From a bacterium (GTDB lineage Bacteria; Bacteroidota; Bacteroidia; Bacteroidales; WCHB1-69), in contig CAVIJD010000009.1 in assembly GCA_963643165.1 (NCBI GenBank), positions 940 through 64,939 on the forward strand: a DNA stretch of 64,000 nt, written 5' to 3'. The stretch's first letter is position 1, and each line of letters starts with the position of its first letter. The notes beneath the pieces were generated by a model, which was given only the letters and a program-made list of their open reading frames with translations, ran no database searches and had not been told where the DNA came from. A program made the position numbers and the translations under genes. This document shows, piece by piece, positions 57,534 to 64,000 of the stretch.

Positions 57534-57541
57534 CAAAAATA
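57534..57541 (-). promoter_or_regulatory. -7 box (TATTTTTG) upstream of the three-gene OM unit
   Basis: Plus-strand caaaaata, 48 nt upstream of the ATG at 57486. Confidence 0.45.
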
Positions 57542-57605
57542 CAAAAATTCCGTTTCGTTTGGATTGCGAAATTTCAATATCTTCAAAATACTTTTTCACG
57601 GTGCC

Positions 57606-58001
57606 CTAAAACTTTCTCTTGAGAATTTCCGAATAGATTACCCCCTTTAACAACTCCTCATCACTAAAGTCAAGCAATGAACCCTCATTGCTTTTATCTT
57701 CAACTACTTGCACAGTCGGTTTCGCTTTAGTACCCTTCGGTTTCTTCTCATTAACGCCCGCCTCCGGCATACGCTCGTAGGTGAAATATTCACTCCCTTT
57801 CTGGGACTGCTGTTGAGGTTGCTGCCATGTCTCCTCCAGCTCCTCGTCGATTATCTCTTCCTCAAATTCTTCCATCTCAACGTCTTCCTCCGGCATTACA
57901 TCCGGGACTGCTTTCTTGTCCTTTTTCTTCTTCAACAACGAAGGCAATGAAAACAAGGCCACTAACGCTATCGTGACTATAAACTCTAAAAATGATTCCA
58001 T
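57606..58001 (-). CDS. Small membrane-anchored acidic protein, function unknown
   Basis: N-terminal TM (FLEFIVTIALVALFSLPSLL), a KKKKDKK stop-transfer, an acidic run (PEEDVEMEEFEEEIIDEELEE), a Q-rich stretch and a C-terminal GVIYSEILKRKF. Confidence 0.5.
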   Translation of the reverse strand: MESFLEFIVTIALVALFSLPSLLKKKKDKKAVPDVMPEEDVEMEEFEEEIIDEELEETWQQPQQQSQKGSEYFTYERMPEAGVNEKKPKGTKAKPTVQVVEDKSNEGSLLDFSDEELLKGVIYSEILKRKF

Positions 58002-58045
58002 AATATTATTTATCTATTGTATATATAATATTGTTGTTTGTTCTT

Positions 58046-59083
58046 TTATTTTTGTTTCCCCGGATTATTGCTTGTGTGCTGAACCGCTGTTTTGTCCTCG
58101 TTCTGTTCAGCCGTCTTCGTCGATTTGGCTTTGGCTATGCTCACGTTCAATTCGTAGCCTATCAACAACACCAACGAACTCCAGTTGAGCCACAACAGAA
58201 TGGCAAACAAGGCCCCCAATGAACCGTATATCAGATTGTAATTAGAGAAATTGGAAAAATAGACATTCAGCCCCCACAACAACACGACCATCAACAGGGT
58301 ACAAGTGGTTGAGCCGGCAGAGAAGAACCGGTACCGGCTCTTCTTCTCCCCGGACGCTATGTGGTAGGTGACGCTGACCATAAAATAGATGGCCCCGAAG
58401 GTGAGCAGCCACTTGATGCCATGTATCGCATAATAATAGACGGCGTTCGGACTTTCGCCCATCAGCCGGTGGTGCAGCCGGTTGACAAGCGCGGCAGAGA
58501 AGATGAAAAGCAGCACTACCGTCACTATCGTGATGAAGAATATGAACATCAGCACGAAACTCATGCCGAGTTGTTTTATGAAATTCCGCCGCTTTTCTTG
58601 CAAAAACGAGGTGTTGAGCGCCACAAGGATGCCATTCATGCAAAGCACGGCAAAATAGATGCCGAAGAATAACATAAAGGACGACAGCGTTCCGTTTTGA
58701 CGGGTGATGACATCTGTGACCACATTCTCGATGGCCGGCCAGGCGTAGGTCGGGAACAGCGACTGCAGGAACTCAAGCAATACGGTCTGCACATTGCTGC
58801 CCAAAAATGCTATGGCAGAAAAGAGGGCGATGAGCATCGGTATCAGGGCTATGAACACTCTATAGGTGAGTGCCGCGGCGCGCTGGAAGATGATGCCTTT
58901 CCCTAACGACATCATATAGAACTGCATGACATCGTACAACGGCATCTGCTGCAGCCCGACAAATGATACGGTCTTTGACTTCCGGATTATCGGGCCCACA
59001 ACCGGCATCTCTTCCCACTCTTTGCCCATCCGCCGGAACCGTTGTCTCATCACTTTCAGTTTGCGCCTTGTCTTCTCACTCAT
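58046..59083 (-). CDS. YihY/BrkB-family inner-membrane protein
   Basis: FQRAAALTYRVFIALIPMLIALFS is typical of the family; six predicted TM segments. Confidence 0.8.
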   Translation of the reverse strand: MSEKTRRKLKVMRQRFRRMGKEWEEMPVVGPIIRKSKTVSFVGLQQMPLYDVMQFYMMSLGKGIIFQRAAALTYRVFIALIPMLIALFSAIAFLGSNVQTVLLEFLQSLFPTYAWPAIENVVTDVITRQNGTLSSFMLFFGIYFAVLCMNGILVALNTSFLQEKRRNFIKQLGMSFVLMFIFFITIVTVVLLFIFSAALVNRLHHRLMGESPNAVYYYAIHGIKWLLTFGAIYFMVSVTYHIASGEKKSRYRFFSAGSTTCTLLMVVLLWGLNVYFSNFSNYNLIYGSLGALFAILLWLNWSSLVLLIGYELNVSIAKAKSTKTAEQNEDKTAVQHTSNNPGKQK

Positions 59084-61103
59084 CGTAACGTAAATTAAAA
59101 GCGGCTTTCAATTCGTCCTTGGCAACCACATTCATCCTTTCTTCGTTCTTTCGAATGCGTTGTCCAGCAATACCCTGCCCTGTCAACTGGTTCTTTATCG
59201 CCTCATAACAACGATTCATCAGCATATTCTCACGCTGCTGCAAGTCGATCGTGTCTTCCGTCGCTATGTTAACGCCGGTCTGTATTTCCAGCACAAGTTC
59301 TTCTTTCTCCTTAAGGCAAGTGGCAATCTCCTGAATCTGATGCACTTGCTCCATATTCAGCATCACCGTGTCGCGAGGCGGGAAAGCCATAGCCTTGAAA
59401 GTTCCGTTCCCCGTGATGGCATCCCCAATGAAGTCAATCGGCGAAGCGGCAATCTTGACAATAAGGTTGGCCAACGTTTTCCAGAATATCTTCCGGAACG
59501 AGAACTCCGGCGACGCGATATTGCCTTTTACGGGCACCTCCATACGGGCGTGATGCTTCCGGTCGGTCAGAATATAAACCGCCGCCCTCACCGGTATCTT
59601 GGTCACGGCTGTCAGGCTCCGGTCTTTCTTGCCGAACACGGGCTTGTAAACGTCAAGGCCGTTGCGGCTGTCGAGCCAGTTGTTCTTAATGGCAGTTGTG
59701 CTCCTGAACGTGAACAGGCCGTCCTGCAGCGGACTGGCAAGATAATGCAGCGAATAGGGCGAAAAGTCCTTTAATGCCAGATTCTCTATCATCACCTCGA
59801 TGTCTGCGTTCTTGAGATCCATGATGTCTGCATTGCCGGAACACCGGAATGTGCCCATGCTCCCCAATCCGGCCGTTGCCGCAAACGTCGCGTTCTGCTC
59901 GTCGGAGATGTTCTCCGCCGACACCTCAATGTCCCTGACAACAAACTCCTGCTCCTGCGGCGACACAGACCGGTCGGCAAACAAGAATTGCCCGTTTGAA
60001 ATCGCCAACTTCTTGACAACAAAGTGCAATTTGTCCTGACGGACGGCGGCCGTGTCCTGCTTTTGAGGCTCGTCTTGAGCCTGATCTGCCCCGTCGTCTG
60101 TTTTGTGACTGTCCTTGGTGACGAAAAGCCGCGACAACGTGTTCCCGTCCTTGAAAATCTCATACCGGAACATGGGACGGTCAAGTTTGATGCTGCTGAT
60201 CCGGTATTCTTTGTTCTCGAGGTCTATCTTGTCAATAGCAACCTGCAGTGAAGACAACGAGGCCAACGGGCTCTTGTTCTCCGTAGTTGCTTCTACATCT
60301 TTGAGACAAAGGCTGCCAGAGGCATTCAAGTTCAGCAGGTGGCTCGTAGAACCCGTAGCCTTCAGGTCGCCGTCAAGTTTCCCTTTCAACGTCTCCACGT
60401 TCAAGAACTGCGTCAGATAGGGCATCACGGTGGCTATGTCGAACTTGCTCCACTTCAAGTTCAGTTCATACTTCTCTTTTTCAATGTTATATGCCATCTT
60501 CACGGCCAGTTTCCCCTCCTTCTCAAAATCGAGGTTCAGGTCAACTTGCGTGTCGTCCCCTGAAAAATAGATACAGGGCACGTTGAGCACTATGTTTTTG
60601 AGACCTATACTGCTCCCCACCGCCACGTCCTGATAGGTCAATGCACTGTTACAGATGCTTATATTATTAAGGGTGACGCTCCAGCCCGACGGTTCGTCGT
60701 CTTTGTCCTCCTTTTTGTTTTTTGAAAAAAAGTCAACAATGTCGCTGAAATTGAAGCGGCTGTTGTTTTGTATCACTTGTCCGTCCAGTCCGTCCAGTTC
60801 CACTTTGCGGAAATAGACTGATTTTCCGAGCAGGCGTGGCAGCGACAACCGCACCTTCAGTTTGGAGAAAGAGACAAAATCCTTTTGCGGATTTTCCTCT
60901 TTCATCGTAAAGCCGAGGATGGAGACTCCGCCGTTGAAGATATTGATGCGTATATGTTCGATGTCCACCTTGCGGTGGCAGAGCTCTTCGCTGTGTTTCA
61001 CCAGATAGGCTCTGGCAATGGGGCCTGCCGCCACGCTCACTACAATCAGCACGGCCAGCACAATCCCGACAGTCAGAAGCGCTATCTTACAGCCTCTTTT
61101 CAT
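59076..61103 (-). CDS. DUF748/AsmA-like membrane-anchored protein
   Basis: N-terminal TM anchor followed by long repetitive beta-rich sequence (VDIEHIRINIFNGGVSILGFTMKE..., VELDGLDGQVIQN...). ATG at 61103 (TTG at 61112 in the ORF track). 8-nt overlap with the yihY-like start. Confidence 0.55.
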   Translation of the reverse strand: MKRGCKIALLTVGIVLAVLIVVSVAAGPIARAYLVKHSEELCHRKVDIEHIRINIFNGGVSILGFTMKEENPQKDFVSFSKLKVRLSLPRLLGKSVYFRKVELDGLDGQVIQNNSRFNFSDIVDFFSKNKKEDKDDEPSGWSVTLNNISICNSALTYQDVAVGSSIGLKNIVLNVPCIYFSGDDTQVDLNLDFEKEGKLAVKMAYNIEKEKYELNLKWSKFDIATVMPYLTQFLNVETLKGKLDGDLKATGSTSHLLNLNASGSLCLKDVEATTENKSPLASLSSLQVAIDKIDLENKEYRISSIKLDRPMFRYEIFKDGNTLSRLFVTKDSHKTDDGADQAQDEPQKQDTAAVRQDKLHFVVKKLAISNGQFLFADRSVSPQEQEFVVRDIEVSAENISDEQNATFAATAGLGSMGTFRCSGNADIMDLKNADIEVMIENLALKDFSPYSLHYLASPLQDGLFTFRSTTAIKNNWLDSRNGLDVYKPVFGKKDRSLTAVTKIPVRAAVYILTDRKHHARMEVPVKGNIASPEFSFRKIFWKTLANLIVKIAASPIDFIGDAITGNGTFKAMAFPPRDTVMLNMEQVHQIQEIATCLKEKEELVLEIQTGVNIATEDTIDLQQRENMLMNRCYEAIKNQLTGQGIAGQRIRKNEERMNVVAKDELKAAFNLRYDE

Positions 61104-61108
61104 GATTT

Positions 61109-61960
61109 TCAAAACAAAACAGTTTTCAAACTCAGGTCAAGGCTGGAGATATGGTGGGTAAATGCGCCGATGGATATAAAATCGACGCCGGTTGCGGCAT
61201 AATCGTGCAGCGTTTCGCGCACAATGCCGCCCGAGGCCTCGGTTTCGTAGCGGTGGTCCACGATGCGGACCGCCTCACGGATCTGGTCCGGCGTGAAGTT
61301 GTCGAACATAATGCGGTGAACGCCGCCGTGTTGCATGACCCTCTGCACATCGTCAAGGCTGCGGGTCTCGATTTCGATTTTGAGGTTCAGCCCGCGTTCC
61401 GCCTGATACGTCCTGGCGGCATCGATGGCTTTCTCAATTCCGCCGGCAAAGTCGATGTGGTTGTCTTTAAGCATCATCATATCGAAGAGCCCGAACCGGT
61501 GGTTTTGCGCGCCGCCAGTCTTGACGGCATATTTCTCGAAGATGCGCATATTCGGTGTCGTCTTCCTCGTGTCCAAAAGCGTCACGCCCGTATCTTTCAC
61601 CTCATCCACACAAATGCGCGTCGCCGTAGCGATGCCGCTCATCCTTTGCAGGAAATTAAGCAATGTTCTTTCGGCCGTTAGCATCTTTTGAGCCGAGCCT
61701 TTCAGTCTGAATGCGACATCGCCTTTGGCAATCTTGTCGCCGTCTTTCAGATACTGTTCCATCTCGATGGCGGGATCCACTTGCCGGAGCACTTCGCGTG
61801 CCACGTCTATGCCGCAGAGGATGCCGTCTTGTTTCACCAGCAGCCGCATCTCCCCTTGGGCTGTCTCGGGTATGCACGAAAGCGAGGAGTGGTCGCCGTC
61901 GCCGATGTCCTCCTGCAAGGCCATTCTGACCAATTGCTCTATCTGTTGTGTGATTGTCAT
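61109..61960 (-). CDS. nadC: Nicotinate-nucleotide diphosphorylase (quinolinate phosphoribosyltransferase)
   Basis: ALQEDIGDGDHSS, LDTRKTTP and MLKDNH blocks. The ATG at 61960 makes an ATGA overlap with the upstream gene. Confidence 0.9.
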   Translation of the reverse strand: MTITQQIEQLVRMALQEDIGDGDHSSLSCIPETAQGEMRLLVKQDGILCGIDVAREVLRQVDPAIEMEQYLKDGDKIAKGDVAFRLKGSAQKMLTAERTLLNFLQRMSGIATATRICVDEVKDTGVTLLDTRKTTPNMRIFEKYAVKTGGAQNHRFGLFDMMMLKDNHIDFAGGIEKAIDAARTYQAERGLNLKIEIETRSLDDVQRVMQHGGVHRIMFDNFTPDQIREAVRIVDHRYETEASGGIVRETLHDYAATGVDFISIGAFTHHISSLDLSLKTVLF

Positions 61961-62448
61961 TTTTTTACCGTTATTTCTGGGGTTTCTATTACATTGCTTT
62001 TGTTCAGGTCTCTGTCCACAAGGTAGCAAGACAATTTGACCGTATCATAAGATGAAAAAAGATTGTTGATATAGGTCAGCACCTTAATGTCGCCCTCAAT
62101 GGACTCGGGGACGTTTTGGCTCAGCACGGGCACGCGGACGTGCAAGGGTGTCGGCAGTTCTACCGGCACCCACTCGCCCTGCTGTTTCTCATAATATTCG
62201 ATGAAAAAATTGTAGTAGTACAACGAGTCTTGCGAAAAAACGCCCGTCGTGTCAGATTCGTCCAGTCCTATGTTCCCGTCACCGTCCTGAAAGTGGACGA
62301 CAAGTTCTGCCTGGCTGTCAACGCCTGTGCCATCGTCTATCTTCTCAATTGAGACAAATTCGATGTGCGGAATCTCCGAAAACTTATCGTGGGGATAGCA
62401 GCCGCACAGCAAGGCGGCGCACCAGACGAATATCCGCAATTTTCTCAT
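61957..62448 (-). CDS. Small lipoprotein, function unknown
   Basis: Lipobox ALLCGC; no recognisable domain. Confidence 0.5.
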   Translation of the reverse strand: MRKLRIFVWCAALLCGCYPHDKFSEIPHIEFVSIEKIDDGTGVDSQAELVVHFQDGDGNIGLDESDTTGVFSQDSLYYYNFFIEYYEKQQGEWVPVELPTPLHVRVPVLSQNVPESIEGDIKVLTYINNLFSSYDTVKLSCYLVDRDLNKSNVIETPEITVKK

Positions 62449-62456
62449 CCGTGTCT

Positions 62457-63953
62457 TTATTGCATGGTGACGTGTACGCTACGCACAAAGTCGATAGACT
62501 TCTGGATAAGTTCGTGCATATAGGTGTCGTTCTCCACAAACGGAACCTCTTCGCGATATGCCGCCACAAAATCCTCAATGAAATCGGACGACCGGAGCGG
62601 GCGGCGGAATTCGAGGGCCTGTGCCGCGTTGAACAACTCGATAGCCAAGATCTTCTCCACGTTGTTGATGACGAGATAGCATTTGGTTGCGGCATTGGCG
62701 CCCATGCTCACGTGGTCTTCCTGACCTTGTGACGATTCAATGGAGTCGGTAGAGCAAGGCATCGTGAACGCCTTGTTCTGGTTAACGATAGAGGCAGCCG
62801 CATACTGCGGTATCATAAAGCCGGAGTTGAGACCGGGGTTCTTGACCAAGAAAGAAGGAAGGCCGCGCTTGCCGGAGATGAGTTGGTAAATGCGGCGTTC
62901 GGAGATGTTGCCCAGTTCAGCCATTGCGATAGAGAGGAAATCGAGCACCAAGGCGAGCGGCTGACCGTGGAAGTTGCCGGCCGAGACAACGATGTCCTCA
63001 TCGGGGAACACCGTCGGATTGTCGGTGACGGAGTTGATTTCCGTTTCAACCACAGTCTGCACATGAAGGATAGAGTCTTTCGTGGCGCCATGCACCTGAG
63101 GCATACAACGGAACGAGTAAGGATCCTGCACATGCTCCTTGTGTTGTTGGATGATCTGGGAGCCTTCGAGAATGCGGGAGATAACAGAAGCCGTAGCAAT
63201 CTGTCCGGCGTGCGGACGAACCAGGTGGACCAGCATATTGAAAGGCTCAATGCGCCCGTCGAAAGCGTCAAGGGAAACGGCCCCGATCGTGTCGGCGAGG
63301 CAAGAAAGCTTCTTGGCTTTAATCAGCAACCACACGGCGTATGAACTCATAAACTGCGTGCCGTTCAGCAAAGCCAGACCCTCTTTCGACTGCAGCACGA
63401 TAGGCTGCCATCCGAACTTCTCATTGATGACGGCAGACGGGTATTTTTTGCCGTGGTAATAGACCTCGCCCATGCCAATCAGCGGCAAGGAGAGGTGCGC
63501 CAACGGGGCAAGGTCGCCGGATGCGCCCAAAGAGCCTTGCTGATATACCACAGGATAAACCCCCTTGTTGAAAAAATCGACCAGGCGCTGTATGGTGGCC
63601 ACCTGCACACCGGAGTGCCCATACGAAAGCGACTGTATTTTCAACAGAAGCATAATCCGCACAATCTCTTGGGGCACTTCATCGCCCACGCCGCAGGCAT
63701 GCGAAATGACCAAGTTACGCTGAAGCGTAGAAAGGTCATCTTTAGAAATGCTTTTGTTACAAAGCGAACCAAAACCGGTAGTGACCCCATAGATAGGTTC
63801 CTTTTCCTCATCGGTTTTTTTGTCCAGGTAATCGCGGCATTTTTTCACGGCTTCTATAGCCTCTTCAGAGAGTGCCAACTTGTGGTTGTTGTCGATGATT
63901 TTTTCAACCTTTTCGATGCTTAAGAATTTGGTAGAGATTTTATGCGTTGCCAT
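62457..63953 (-). CDS. hutH: Histidine ammonia-lyase
   Basis: MIO-forming motif GSLGASGDLAPLAHL; 498 aa. Confidence 0.95.
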   Translation of the reverse strand: MATHKISTKFLSIEKVEKIIDNNHKLALSEEAIEAVKKCRDYLDKKTDEEKEPIYGVTTGFGSLCNKSISKDDLSTLQRNLVISHACGVGDEVPQEIVRIMLLLKIQSLSYGHSGVQVATIQRLVDFFNKGVYPVVYQQGSLGASGDLAPLAHLSLPLIGMGEVYYHGKKYPSAVINEKFGWQPIVLQSKEGLALLNGTQFMSSYAVWLLIKAKKLSCLADTIGAVSLDAFDGRIEPFNMLVHLVRPHAGQIATASVISRILEGSQIIQQHKEHVQDPYSFRCMPQVHGATKDSILHVQTVVETEINSVTDNPTVFPDEDIVVSAGNFHGQPLALVLDFLSIAMAELGNISERRIYQLISGKRGLPSFLVKNPGLNSGFMIPQYAAASIVNQNKAFTMPCSTDSIESSQGQEDHVSMGANAATKCYLVINNVEKILAIELFNAAQALEFRRPLRSSDFIEDFVAAYREEVPFVENDTYMHELIQKSIDFVRSVHVTMQ

Positions 63954-64000
63954 TATTTTTTGTTTTTATTTGTACAATATTCTAATATGCTAAAAGCGGG

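Noticed and set aside
1-64000. CRISPR arrays, IS elements, integrases, prophage or toxin-antitoxin/defence genes
   Set aside because: I noticed no direct-repeat/spacer arrays, no transposase- or integrase-like translations in any listed ORF, and no long terminal inverted repeats. The two tRNAs are not flanked by mobility genes.

Overview
This 64-kb window looks like a Bacteroidota (Bacteroidales-like) chromosomal segment. Evidence for that placement: a 286-aa sigma-A, recurrent TAnnTTTG -7 boxes, gldD, T9SS C-terminal sorting domains and an S46 peptidase. I call 50 CDSs and 2 tRNAs (Cys-GCA and Glu-CUC). They are densely packed into long co-directional, often stop/start-overlapping units. Most are housekeeping genes: hydG (5'-truncated), holA, secA, mltG, nrdJ, rpmA/rplU, rpoD, lspA, pyrBI, purA, trxA, nfo, purM, queA, a UvrD-family helicase, dxs, greA, nadC and hutH. 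I saw no CRISPR array, transposase, integrase, prophage or recognisable defence genes. The best candidate for an undescribed system is a ~9.8-kb three-gene minus-strand unit at 47694-57486. It encodes an oversized 1281-aa CarboxypepD_reg + plug + beta-barrel protein, a 1566-aa secreted protein with no recognisable catalytic motif and a T9SS-like C-terminal domain, and a PorV/PorQ-like FadL-type barrel. Neither porU nor a susD-like partner is adjacent. Secondary leads are: a 1008-aa secreted tandem TldD/PmbA-like protein with both metal-site positions substituted; a class II RNR followed 18 nt later by an orphan CCG-domain Fe-S protein; a cysteine-free DksA-like protein; a lipobox-bearing flavodoxin; and a structured intergenic region downstream of dxs. 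All functional calls rest on motif recognition by eye in the supplied translations. No database search was run.
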